Origin: Macrostomum lignano
Lineage: Eukaryota
Assembly (NCBI GenBank): GCA_002269645.1
Contig: NIVC01000661.1
Span: 330,724 to 394,723 of the forward strand
Length of the DNA: 64,000 nt
Direction: 5' to 3'
The notes under the pieces are model-generated. The model ran no database searches and was not told the origin of the DNA. It saw nothing but the letters and a program-made list of their open reading frames with translations. Positions 42,740-58,001 of the stretch are shown piece after piece (within the stretch, counting starts at the first letter, position 1; every line of letters begins with the position of its first letter). Position numbers and translations under genes: made by a program.

Positions 42740-43714
42740 TGGGGATCACTGATGCAGGGCCATTGGGGATCACTGAGGGATCAGGGTGTTAGGGATCACT
42801 GAGGGATCAGGGGTGTTGGGGATCACTGAGGGATCAGGGCCATTGGGGATCACCGAGGGATCAGAAGCATTGCGGATCACTGAGGGATCAGGGATGTTGG
42901 GGATCACTGAGGGATCCGGGGTATTGGGGATTACTGAGGGATCAAGAGCATTGGGGATCACTGAGGGATCCGGGGTATTGGGGATTACTGAGGGATCAAG
43001 AGCATTGGGGATCACTGAGGGATCAGGGGCATTGGGGATTACTGAGGAATCAGGGTATTAGGGATCACTGAGAGATCAGGGGCATTGGGGATCACTGAGG
43101 GATCAGGGCCATTGGGGATCACCGAGGGATCAGAAGCATTGCGGATCACTGAGGGATCAGGGGTGTTGGGGATCACTGAGGGATCCGGGGTATTGGGGAT
43201 TACTGAGGGATGAAGGGCATTAGGGATCACTGAGGGATCAAGGGCATTGGGGATCACTGAGGGATCAGGGGCATTGGGGATTACTGAGGAATCAGGGGCA
43301 TTGGGGATCACTGAGGGATCAGGGTATTAGGGATCACTGAGAGATCAGGGCACTGGGGATCACTGATGGATCAGGGGCATTGGGGATCACTGAGGGATCA
43401 GGGTGTTAGGGATCACTGAGAGATCAGGGGCACTGGGGATCACTGATGGATCAGGGGCATTGGGGATTACTGAGGAATCAGGGGCATTGGGGATCACTGA
43501 GGGATCAGGGCCATTGGGGATCACTGAGGAATCAGGGGCATTGGGGATCACTGAGGGATCAGGGTGTTAGGGATCACTGAGAGATCAGGGGCATTGGGGA
43601 TCACTGAGGGATCAGGGGCATTGGGGATCACTGAGGAATCAGGGGCATTGGGGATCACTGAGGGATCAGGGTGTTAGGGATCACTGAGAGATCAGGGGCA
43701 TTGGGGATCACTGA
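42740..43714. repeat. 27-bp minisatellite, ~35 copies, upstream of PYURF
   Basis: Unit ggggatcactgagggatcaggggcatt. Confidence 0.95.
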
Positions 43715-44259
43715 GTACTTGTGTCGCAAAGTGAAATAACAATTCACGATAAACTTTAAAGAAGCAGGCAGAACTCTCAGGAGCAGTTTAAGATCAATTA
43801 AAATAAACGAACATCGCATATCGCTGAAAAACGTAATAAACACGTTACACAGGTACACATTTAAGATTTAAGTAATATTCTTATTGGTCCATTGCTTAAA
43901 AAATCATTTTTAAAGTAGCAGAATTTTTAAATCGCAAAAAACTGCTGGGTGAAAGCGCGGTTTACTACTTGCACGTGCGATACTTAGAGTAGTATCGGCT
44001 GAAAAGCACAATAAAATAATGCGACGTAATCACGAGCTTAGAAATAGGTTAACTCAGTTCAGACCTAATTAAACCGAATGAACAAGAACAATCAATTAAA
44101 CAACATAATAAAACTCTGTGACCTGAGAACAATACAGGTAGGTAAACAGTTACAGGTTGGGGCAGATTGTGAACATTTTAATGAGCAAAATAAACTGAAA
44201 TTTACCACCAAATTTATCGCCAAGCAACCCAACTATGCACAGCATTAGCAACTACTTTT

Positions 44260-45030
44260 GCATAGCAACTGGAGGTTTTTACCATAGCAACCAGAAGATT
44301 CTACCATAGCAACCAGAAGATTCTACCATAGCAACCAGAAGATTCTACCATAGCAACCAGGTTCTACCATAGCAACCAGAAGATTCTACCATAGCAACCA
44401 GAAGATTCTACCATAGCAACCAGGTTCTACCATAGCAACCAGAAGATTCTACCATAGCAACCAGAAGATTCTACCATAGCAACCAGGTTCTACCATAGCA
44501 ACTAGAAGATTTTAGCATAGCAACCAGAAGATTTTAGCATAGCAACCAGAAGATTCTAGTATAGCAACCAGAAGATTCTACCATAGCAACCAGAAGATTC
44601 TACCATAGCAACCAGAATGTTCTACCATAGCAACCAGAAGATTCTACCATAGCAACCAGGTTCTACCATAGCAACCAGAAGATTCTACTATGGCAACCAG
44701 AAGATTCTAGTATAGCAACCAGAAGATTTTAGCATAGCAACCAGAAGATTCTAGTATAGCAACCAGAAGATTCTACCATAGCAACCAGAAGATTCTACCA
44801 TAGCAACCAGGTCCTACCATAGCAACCAGAAGATTCTACTATAGCAACCAGAAGATTCTACCATAGCAACTAGAAGATTTTACCATAGCAACCAGAAGAT
44901 TTTACCATAGCAACCAGAAGATTTTACCATAGCAACCAGAAGATTTTACCATAGCAACCAGAAGATTTTACCATATCAATCAGAGAGAGGTGTTTAGCAC
45001 AGCAACCAGGAGTTTACCATGGCAACCAAG
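44260..45030. repeat. ~22-bp minisatellite, ~33 copies, directly 3' of the ACP5 stop
   Basis: Unit catagcaaccagaagattctac. Confidence 0.95.
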
Positions 45031-45061
45031 TAAAAAGAGTATCAAAACAACAAGTCAGCAA

Positions 45062-47769
45062 TCACAGCACACCATCGTCTAATCCAGAGAACTGCTGGTG
45101 CACCCGACGCCGAGGCAGCCGCGCCGAATACAGCAGCCGGGCTTCACTACCGGCCTCAACAAAGGTAGCATTGGCGTAGTCGCTCCCAAAGCCCAGCGTC
45201 ATAAATGCTCCATCTAAATCGGCCTGTTTGTTCCAATAATAGCGAACCGAGCCGGGAGGGAACAGGCCCATGTGAGCCATGGAGGTGGTCACGTGAGCTG
45301 CGGCCCCAGCTACAAAATAATCGGTGCCATTGAGCACAATGTGCTGCATGTTGTGCTCGTGGCCACACAGGTAGGCGTTCACTTTGTACTTGAGCAGCAG
45401 GGGGTCCAGGCGCCTTACCAGGTCGGAAGTGGGTCCGTGCTGCCCAATGCTCCACACAGGGTGGTGACCGGCCACGAACAGGTAGGGACACCTGCTTATG
45501 GAATGCCATTGCTGCGGTTGAAACTCCACAGAACCATCGCAGATCCCACATAACCATCTCAGATCCCACATAACCATCTCAGATTCCACATAACCATCTC
45601 AGATCCCACATAACCATCTCAGATCCCACATAGCCCCAGATAGCTTCTCAAACTTACTCCAGACCCCACGAAATCATCCTAGATAATACAATTCCAAATC
45701 TAAAAAATCTTTCCGGATCCTACAAAATCTTCCCAAAGCCTACAAAATCTTACCAAATCTGAAAAAATCTTCCCGAAGCCTACAAAATCTTCCCAAAGCC
45801 TACGAAATTTTACCAAATCCTACGAAATCTTACCAAATCCTACAAAATCTTCCCAAAGCCTACAAAATCTTCCCAAAGCCTACGAAATCTTCCCAAAGCC
45901 TACAAAATCTTCCCAAAGCCTACGAAATCTTCCCAAAGCCTACAAAATCTTCCCAAAGCCTACAAAATCTTCCCAAAGCCTACGAAATCTTACCAAATCC
46001 TACAAAATCTTCCCAAAGCCTACGAAATCTTCCCAAAGCCTACAAAATCTTCCCAAAGCCTACGAAATCTTACCAAATCCTAAAAAATCTTACCAAATCC
46101 TACAAAATCTTACCAAATCTTAAAAAATGTTACCAAAGCCTACGAAATCTTACCAAATCTTAAAAAATCTTACCAAATCCTAAAAAATCTTACCAAATCC
46201 TAAAAAATCTTACCAAATCCTAAAAAATCTTACCAAATCCTAAAAAATCTTACCAAATCCTACAAAATCTTCCCAAATCTTAAAAAATCTTCCCAAATCC
46301 TAAAATATCTTACCAAATTTTACAAAATCTTCCTAGATGCTACAAAATCCTTACGGATCTTACAAAACTATTTCAGACTCTATACATACCAATAATCGAC
46401 ATACATGTGAAACAAAAAACCCAAACAGAACTAAACTACTCACGAGTAGTACAGCTGCAACTGTTTCTCCAGCCAGCTAAAGTACTTGTCAATGCTAACA
46501 TCGGTAAGTTTTGGGCGCCTACGCGCGGACTTGGCGCTTTTTAGCGTCGGAGGTCTGTAGAGATCGTCGGGATGCAGCGCCTCGGCAGACTCGGACAGCA
46601 GCACCGTGTCCACCAGGATGAAAGCAGCGCACCCGATACCATCGAGTTGAATCACCTTCGTGTGGAAGTAGTCTGGGAAATTCCTGGGGACGGCGAGGCG
46701 GGCGAGAGGGTGAATATTTGTGTGAAAACATTTGTGTAGGAATGTGAAGGCTTGGGTGTGGGAACTGCGAGTTGGTGCGGGATTCAGTGTGGGAAATGTG
46801 CATCGGTGTGACTGGGTGTGGGAAATGTGCATCGGTGTGACTGGGTGTGGGAATGTGCATCGGTGTGACTGGGTGTGGGAATGTGCATCGGTGTGACTGG
46901 GTGTGGGAAATGTGCATCGGTGTGACTGGGTGTGGGAAATGTGCATAGATGTGGGACTAGGAGTGAGAAAAGTGCATTAGTGTGGGACTAGGTATGGGAA
47001 ATGTACATATGCATAGGTGAGGGAAATTATGCATAGGTGAGGGAAATTATGCATCGGTGTGGGTTTGGGGTGTGGGAAATGTGCATAAGTGTGGGATTAG
47101 GTGTGGGTACTATGCATCGGTGATCGGTGTGGGAAAACGCATAGGTGTGGGACTAGGTGTGGAAAATGTGCATAGGTGTGAGAAATGTCCATAGGTGTGG
47201 GACTAGGTATGGGAAACGTGCATTGGCTTGCCATTGGGTGTGGGAAAATGCATTGGTGTGGTACTGCAATTTGTGCACAAATCGTGCGTTTGCGTAGTTT
47301 ATGGGCCAACCTACCACCTGGACGAGCGCTTGGAGTACAGTATCTGAGCGCTGGCATTGCCCAGCCAGTCGTGATTGCCGGCCACCAGATACCACGGGGT
47401 CGGCCGGAGCCGAGACCCATTAAACACGGCCTCAAACGTAGTTCGAAAGCGATCGTCTTCAACATTCTTAACGCCAAAAGAATAGAAATTGTCGCCAAGG
47501 GCGAACACCGCCTCTACTGAGCCGTCTGGCAGGCGGCCGGACAAACTGTCCATAGCGGCCGCCGTCGTCACCTCCCAGGGCGTCACGAATGGACTGCTGC
47601 CGATTCCGCCCCAGTCGGCAACTACAAACACCGACTTATTGGCATTGCTGCTCTGTCGAATCTGTGCACCTGTCTGCTTCATCAGCTGAGCAGCTTCCAC
47701 TGGCATCAAGTAGCATAGCAACAGAGCTGCCAAGCTTTTGAGAACCATGTGTTGCAATAGTTTAGACAT
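45062..47769 (-). CDS. ACP5: Tartrate-resistant (purple) acid phosphatase type 5-like
   Basis: Exons 47769-47315, 46683-46444 and 45491-45062. All metal-ligand motifs are present (DWG, GDNFY, GNHD, VAGHHP, GHEH), and there is an N-terminal signal peptide. Confidence 0.9.
45540..46340. repeat. Two 20-bp minisatellites in ACP5 intron 2
   Basis: aaccatctcagatcccacat (45540-45635) and aaatcttcccaaagcctaca (45700-46340). Confidence 0.92.
46760..47255. repeat. ~29-bp G/T-rich minisatellite in ACP5 intron 1
   Basis: Unit gggtgtgggaaatgtgcatcggtgtgact, degenerating rightwards. Confidence 0.85.
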
Positions 47770-48208
47770 TTGAGCAATCCACAGTCAGCTGCAATGGCAA
47801 ACCAATTACCAGTAGACCAGTTACAGCGACACGAAAACAATTGCTACTAAAGCAGTAAAAAGTTCCCCAGGTTGCTAGCATATCTACTGCCCCTCAGATC
47901 GGCCAATGGGGGGCAGACCACACGGCACTGCATCATCTAATATTCAACAGATACCAGCTAGTAGGCAGTCCGGAGGGACGGAATTTCAGTGTGGAGCTGC
48001 ATCAGCATCAGTCTCTAACAGTAGTCTGTCTCCGAGAGAGTACACTGACACCCTTCTCCAAGGAGAGCTTTATTCAACCTGGTACGTACACCTTCTAACA
48101 GGAACAGGTGTTTAAAAAGGAGAGGAAAAGAGGGAAGAAAGACGCTTAGAGCCGGGATAGGGAAAAACAGTAAACTCCCCGGTAAAATTTGTCCTTTATA
48201 CTGACGGT

Positions 48209-49729
48209 ATGCGCCTAAAAGTTTTCGGATATAGACTCGACAGAATGTGTCCAAGCATAAGCCGAATATTAAGAAATCGCAAAGCAAATCTAGTTGGAAT
48301 CCTCGGAGTTTTGGCTGTAATGTACTATCTGCACTACTACCGAGGAATGAGTCTGCACTTGGAGCTGCCTGGCATATCGTCAGGCAACGAGCCACACGAG
48401 GAGCCGCTGCCGATACCAAAGTTTGATAACCTTTTTCCAGCGAAACGGGACCGCCCAGCAGTTGCCAACACTAACAGAAGAACCAAGAATAAACCTAAAG
48501 TAAAACTTTACAATCAAAAGATCAAAAGGCTAAATATGACGCCTTTGACTACGCCGCAAAGAACGACAGAGAAACCAACAACAAAAAAGCCGATTTCAAG
48601 ACAGCAACTACGCAGAAGACGAGGCGGTATCGACTACCTGCCAAACATCAACGTTAGCATTGTGCACTCGCCAAATCTCAAAGCTACGTGCACGTCGAGT
48701 CGTCTGCTATTCGTCATCGGCTCCAGCGTTTTCGGAGACGTGCCAGAAGACTCGGCAATAAACACCTCAACAGCTGGCTTAGCCGAGACTGCCAGACAAC
48801 AGCGCCAGGCGGCGAGAGACACTTGGCTGTCCAATCTAAATTCGGACGACTTGCCGCGAGAATGGCGCGGCGGATGCGCCATATTTTATGCGCTAGTGCG
48901 GGACACCGCGGCACAGCAGCTGCTGATGGAGGAGACCAAGATGACGCAAGTGAGTTTGAAGTTGGGATCGGAGTAGCCAAGCCTACAGGTGAGATCTAGG
49001 AAGATGAAGCTAAATTATAAATAATGCCAGCCTCAAAAAGCTTGTCGCTCACGCCCACAGGACATTCTGATTCTGTCTGCAAGCGACAACACCCTGACAG
49101 ACTGGTCACCGCGCGAACTAGACATGATCAGCTCGGCCAAGGTGCTGTTCCACCTGGCATCCAAAAAGCGGACCCTAACTGGCTATACGATTAGAACCAA
49201 TGACAAAGCCTTCTGGAACATCAAGAAGCTAGTTGGATTTTTACACGGTCTTGGCCTTGGACCAGAAGCTGATAGTAATACTACTAATAGTAGAATGCCG
49301 TTGCGAATAGCTGGAAAGTCGCTCCGACCTGACTGGGTTCACCGTGATCCATACGATCCAAGTTACACCAGCAAGAGACAGTTCCCGGACCAGATGTACC
49401 CAGAGTCCGCGTTGGACAACCCTGGCTATGCCGTATCGAACTCGGCGCTCAAAGCAATGTCCGGCCACATCAATAGCACTCCGCTAGTGTACTACCGAGA
49501 GATCTATCTGACCGGGATTCTCAGACAGAAGGCCGAAGTTGAACTCGAACCCGCGGCGGAAATTAAAATCTCCAGAGCTGTACCAGTGTCGCCGTGTCAC
49601 TTCAGATTGTTCTTAGCAACGCCAAGTGTTGAAGCTCGCGAAATGCTGGCCGTCTGGCCCCGATTTACCAGCGCTAATCACAAATGCTCCTACACCATGA
49701 TTGACGATAGCAACCCTGATGGCTTCTAA
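48209..49729 (+). CDS. GT31 beta-1,3-galactosyltransferase-like type II membrane protein with degenerate catalytic motifs
   Basis: Exons 48209-48949 (CAA|gtgagt) and 49061-49729 (cccacag|GAC), both phase 0. It has an N-terminal TM anchor, RQAARDTW (~RxAIRxTW), EETKMTQDILI (~ExxxxxDII) and YP...PGYAVS (~YPP.CSG.GY..S). Confidence 0.7.
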
Positions 49730-50514
49730 GTGACGCGAAGATATTTAAAGCTCGGATAGTTTGTCTGTATTGCTGAGATGCCAAGGCTCAAGGGGATGCT
49801 GATATATTAGGCTTGAACTCTTGCTATCAGAGGTAATGCTTATCTACCTTAAAGACCTTCATCTCTAAGAAACTAACAATAGTATAATGCTTTTTACATG
49901 TATAGCATTCTTTGTTTTTCATTCTTTTGTTGCTAGTTTTCACTGCTACTATAAGTAATGTGGAGCACTATAAAGTAGCTAAAGTACAAAAAATTGTAAT
50001 TAAAATAAAATTAAAAAACAATACATGCGTTCAAAAAGATAATTCGCACCAACAGCCACTATTGGAGCGGGTTATTTATTCAAATTTATTTTGCTTCCCT
50101 CTGTCTCGGTAGCGAAGATGATAAAGCTGAATAATTTGATTCAAAATCAAATTGGTGCACAACGGCTGGCTGCTTGGCTTCTGGAAGGAGATTTTTCTAG
50201 GCAATGACAGAAGCCAACAGTTGAACACCTGAGCCTGCTGATCTAACCTCAGACACACCGCTAATTAGGAAGAGAAAGGTGAAAAGAATACCGTCAAAAC
50301 AGAGCACAAAAAGTCATGTGATTTCTTTATGTCCCTTCCCAAGTCCTCTAGGAGCAGCAATTCTGAAAGCAGCAGAGCATTAAACGCGATCAACAAGGTC
50401 AATCCAATAAATTTGAATGCACGATACATAAAGTAAAGCGTAGACTCTGTAGTTAAGCAATCAGGACACACCGGCGCCTCTCACCTGCCCTTGCCTCTAA
50501 GAGCAGAAATTAGA

Positions 50515-53156
<2,642 letters not shown>

Positions 53157-53329
53157 GATCAACTGGATTTATCAATTTCGAAGCTCAGACTAACGCTGCG
53201 GTTACTCAGCAGTCTACTTAAAGTAGCAAAGTGCTGTATTGGCTCTAGGCAGTCAGCGCATGCATATGATTGATTTATTGAGTCCGTCATACGAAAAGCA
53301 ATAGGGACTTTACTGCAAACTGGATTTCT

Positions 53330-53770
53330 ACTCACTACGTAAACGGATTTCAATGCAAACTGGATTTATTCCCACTGGTGCAAATGGGATTTTAATGCAA
53401 ACTGAATCTATCCCCTATAGGGAATTGGGATTTTAATGCAAACTGGATTTATCCCCACTAGGGAAATGGGATTTCAGTGCAAAATGGATTTATCCCTACT
53501 ACGGGAATGGGATTTTAATGCAAACTGGATTTATCCCCACTAGGGAAATGGGATTTTAGGCAAAATGGATTTATCCCTACTACAGGAATGGGATTTTAAT
53601 GCAAACTGGATTTATCCTTAATAGGGAATCGGGATTTCAATGCAAACTGGATTTATCCCCACTAGGGAAATGGCATTTTAGTGCAAAATGGGTTTATCCC
53701 TACTACGGGAATGGGATTTCAATGCAAACTGGATTTATCCCCAATAGGAGAATGGGATTATCCCTAATCG
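53330..53770. repeat. ~41-bp minisatellite upstream of DRG2
   Basis: Unit ~gggattttaatgcaaactggatttatccccactagggaaat. Confidence 0.9.
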
Positions 53771-54251
53771 AAATGGGAAAAAACGTTAAAAACAGCATAG
53801 CCATCATTTGCCAAGGCAATTTCAAAGTTATTTATATATTTACTATCAACTTCCTCTGACAGCGCAAGACCACAAGAAATTTTGTTTAGCAGGAAACACA
53901 GAATATTGAATTGAAGCAAAACGCGGTATATACTACTTACTCAAACACTTAGATTTACTATGCAGCATTTCATTAAACTACTAGAAACAGTCTAATAAAT
54001 AATGAATAACCTAGCAATTCTTTATTAAACTGTTACTAAGGGCTTGCAAACTAAATAAATCTAGCAGGCGAAATAAGTTCATCTTCAATATTAGATAAGA
54101 GCTAAACCAAAAAGTGGCCTGTTTCAAATTACCCAAAGCATTAATGTACAGGAGCCAAACACACTGCTTGCTGGCAAATTTACACTGTTGTGAGTTTTTC
54201 AATTTATACGACACTAAAATCTTGTTTATTTGAGCCAGTTCTCAAAGCAGA

Positions 54252-56295
54252 GGCGGATTTTGACAGCCAGTTGTCAATCAATGAGGAGGGCGGATTGACT
54301 GCCAGTTGTCATTCAATGAGGGGGGGCGGATTTTTACTGCCAGTTGTCATTCAATGGGGGGCGGATTTTGACAGCCAGTTGTCATTCAATGAGGGGGGCG
54401 GATTTTTACTGCCAGTTGTCATTCAATGGGGGGCGGATTTTGACAGCCAGTTGTCATTGAATGGGTGCAGATTTTGACAGCCAGTTGTCATTGAATGGGA
54501 GCAGATTTTGACAGCCAGTTGTCATTCAATGGGTGCAGATTTTGACAGCCAGTTGTCATTGAATGGGGGCGGATTTTGACTGCCAGTTGTCATTCAATGG
54601 GGGGCGGATTTTGACAGCCAGTTGTCAATCAATGGGTGCAGATTTTGACAGCCAGTTGTCAATCAATGGGGGTTGCAGATTTTGACAGCCAATTGTCAAT
54701 CAATGGGGGTTGCAGATTTTGACAGCCAGTTGTCAATCAATGGGGGTTGCAGATTTTGACAGCCAGTTGTCAATCAATGGGGGCGGATTTTGACTGCCAG
54801 TTATCAATCAATGGGGGGCGGATTTTGACAGCCAGTTGTCATTTAATGGGTGCAGATTTTGACAGCCAGTTGTCATTGAATGGGTGCAGATTTTGACAGC
54901 CAGTTGTCATTGAATGGGAGCAGATTTTGACAGCCAGTTGTCATTGAATGGGTGCAGATTTTGACAGCCAGTTGTCATTCAATGGGTGCAGATTTTGACA
55001 GCCAGTTGTCAATCAATGGGGGTTGCAGATTTTGACAGCCAATTGTCAATCAATGGGGGTTGCAGATTTTGACAGCCAGTTGTCAATCAATGGTAGTTGC
55101 AGATTTTGACAGCCAGTTGTCGATCAATGGGTGCAGATTTTGACAGCCAGTTGTCAATCAATGGGGGTTGCAGATTTTGACAGCCAATTGTCAATCAATG
55201 GGGGTTGCAGATTTTGACAGCCAGTTGTCAATCAATGGGGGTTGCAGATTTTGACAGCCAGTTGTCATTCAATGGGGGCGGATTTTGGCTGCCAGTTGTC
55301 ATTCAATGGGGGGCGGATTTTGACTGCCAGTTGTCAATCAATGGGGGCGGATTTTGACTGCTAGTTATCAATCAATGGGGGGCGGATTTTGACAGCCAGT
55401 TGTCATTTAATGGGTGCAGATTTTGACAGCCAGTTGTCATTGAATGGGTGCAGATTTTGACAGCCAGTTGTCATTGAATGGGAGCAGATTTTGACAGCCA
55501 GTTGTCATTGAATGGGTGCAGATTTTGACAGCCAGTTGTCATTCAATGGGTGCAGATTTTGACAGCCAGTTGTCAATCAATGGGGGTTGCAGATTTTGAC
55601 AGCCAATTGTCAATCAATGGGGGTTGCAGATTTTGACAGCCAGTTGTCAATCAATGGGGGTTGCAGATTTTGACAGCCAGTTGTCATTCAATGGGGGCGG
55701 ATTTTGACTGCCAGTTGTCAATCAATGGGGGCGGATTTTGACTGCCAGTTATCAATCAATGGAGGGGCGGATTTTGACAGCCAGTTGTCATTCAATGGAG
55801 GGGCGGATTTTGACAGCCAGTTGTCATTCAATGGAGGGGCGAATTTTGACAGCCAGTTGTCAATCAATGGGGGGGGCGGATTTTGACAGCCAGTTGTCAA
55901 TCAATGGGGGGCGGATTTTGACAGCCAGTTGTCATTCAATGGGGGGCGGATTTTGACTGCCAGTTGTCAATCAATGGGGGCGGATTTTGACTGCCAGTTA
56001 TCAATCAATGGAGGGGCGGATTTTGACAGCCAGTTGTCATTCAATGGAGGGGCGGATTTTGACAGCCAGTTGTCATTCAATGGAGGGGCGAATTTTGACA
56101 GCCAGTTGTCAATCAATGAGGGGGGCGGATTTTGACAGCCAGTTGTCAATCAATGGGGGCGGATTTTGACAGCCAGTTGTCATTCAATGGAGGGGCGGAT
56201 TTTGACAGCCAGTTGTCAATCAATGGGGGGCGGATTTTGACAGCCAGTTGTCAATCAATGGGGGCGGGTTTTGACAGCCAGTTGTCATTCAATGT
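54252..56295. repeat. ~2-kb, 32-34-bp minisatellite (~60 copies) between NDUFB5 and DRG2
   Basis: Unit ggcggattttgacagccagttgtcaatcaatgg(g)n. Confidence 0.97.
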
Positions 56296-56427
56296 GACGG
56301 ATGTTGAGAGGCTTGCTCAATAATTGCCATATATGTCTAAAAACCTGTTGATAGCCCCAGCTAAACAAAAGTGCATCCCCAAAGTTCAAATGAGTTGCAT
56401 ACAGCAAGCCGGATTCCAGTGAATCAA

Positions 56428-57198
56428 TCAGTACTGATACGCCGGTGCGCCAATATCCGTAGGCAGCTCCCTGGGATCCTCGGACTGGTACCCCAGCGGG
56501 AGGTCGCCAGTCAAATCATCAATCTGCCGATGCGAATGGTGCTGACTGACCGGCCGGGGATTCACCGGCACAAAATAATAGCCGCGATAGTCGCCTAGCA
56601 ACGACTCCTGGTGTTTGATGTCGCGGTACTGCTTCTTAGTCATCATCCTGAGGTATTCCTCATTCTTATAAGCCAGCACGCGTTCGTACATCTCCTGGTC
56701 CGAGTCTACGTAGTGAGTTTTAAACCAGGCGATGGCCCTGGTGAGGGGGTGCCGGTGGTACTCGTACTCCTGCGGCTCGTAGTCCTCGGGTAACTCGGTC
56801 AGCTCGGCCGGCCCGACAAAGATGTAGAGGATGATGGCCAGCGTGGCGCAGGGGATCACTCCCAGCAGGAAGTAGTAGTGATAGTCATCCCACATATGGT
56901 CCCATTGGTAGCGCGACGGCTGCACAAGCATCTTGCGAGGCCCGTGGCCGCCGCCGCCCCAGCGCACCGGCTGACGGCCGAGCGACGACAGCCACCAGGC
57001 CGACGTTTGCGCCGGCTTAACGCCGAGGCTTCGCAGAGCCGAGCCGGCGCTGGCGGGCTTGGCCGCGGTGGACATGAAAGCAACGGCCAGGAGGCCGCCG
57101 CGACACCGCAAATCTGGCGAGGCTGACAGCAGCCGAGTCAGCTGAAGGCTGCAGCCGCGTTGGGCGATCGACGAAGTCAGCAGAGGCAGCAGCGACAT
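56428..57198 (-). CDS. NDUFB5: NADH dehydrogenase 1 beta subcomplex subunit 5 (SGDH)-like, intronless
   Basis: A mitochondrial-type presequence is followed by GHGPRKMLVQPSRY, a single TM helix, GPAELTELPEDYEPQEYEYHRHPLTR and YERVLA...GDYRGYY. These match the NDUFB5 motifs G.AEL.EIPEGY.P..WEYY.HPI.R. Confidence 0.88.
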   Translation of the reverse strand: MSLLPLLTSSIAQRGCSLQLTRLLSASPDLRCRGGLLAVAFMSTAAKPASAGSALRSLGVKPAQTSAWWLSSLGRQPVRWGGGGHGPRKMLVQPSRYQWDHMWDDYHYYFLLGVIPCATLAIILYIFVGPAELTELPEDYEPQEYEYHRHPLTRAIAWFKTHYVDSDQEMYERVLAYKNEEYLRMMTKKQYRDIKHQESLLGDYRGYYFVPVNPRPVSQHHSHRQIDDLTGDLPLGYQSEDPRELPTDIGAPAYQY

Positions 57199-57846
57199 GG
57201 CAACAATTTGCGGTTTGAATTGATTTTAGCTGAACTTTCATCAGTTTAGGCGTTTGTGTCTTCCAATGTATTATGCATAATAATCCATAATTCAAAAAAT
57301 AATTTTAGAAATCTATGGGAAAAGCTTTAAATTGTAATTTATTGTTGTTTCTGTAGTAGTTAGATCAAAAGCAATATTAAAAATTTGTGGTCTTTTAAAT
57401 GAATTACATTGCTTTATTACTTGCAACTGCTCTAATAGCATCATTGGCATTATAGTCTACATTGCATATTCTAATTATTATTTATAGTTGTAGTTATTAG
57501 CTATGAAAATAATTGTAAAAATTCAAATTTTGTGCTTGTTTGCTCTACAAATTTAAAATTGGCAGTTTTCAATAGTGGCTCTAGCTGGGTCAAGTGGTAT
57601 TGCTACATATAGCATAGCCTACAATATAGGCATTTTCCCTTGCATTTCTTGAATCAATGATGATTAGTTATCCTACTACCTAACTTTTTTACTTATGAAA
57701 ATAGAATTCAATGGAGAGTGTTTGCAGACAATAATTTGTAGAACAAAGACAAAATAAATATAGGTATTTGGAATTTATAACTATTTGGAACAAAAGTGGG
57801 TGAACTAAGCAAAATGCCATTAAAAACAATAGAAATATCAAACATG

Positions 57847-58001
57847 TGCAAACCTTAGGAATCACTTGGCCATTTCTATTGGCAACACACACATGTAAGT
57901 TGCTATTGGTTGAGAGTAGTCACGTGACTATTATTCTGTCCAATAGCAACTTACATGTGTGTGTTGCCAATAGAAATGGCCAGGTGAATCCTTAGGTTGC
58001 A
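57847..58001. repeat. ~150-bp near-perfect palindrome (MITE-like or hairpin element)
   Basis: Arms of ~57 bp, with 43 bp perfect (tggccatttctattggcaacacacacatgtaagttgctattgg and its reverse complement from 57940), around a central TAGTCACGTGACTA palindrome at 57917-57930. Confidence 0.85.

Noticed and set aside
43720-43850. Candidate cis first exon for PYURF (MRCSFILIDLKLLLRVLPASLKFI|gtgaat)
   Set aside because: It has a weak donor, AT-rich non-coding composition, and a peptide unlike a presequence. It is kept only as the alternative to the SL hypothesis.
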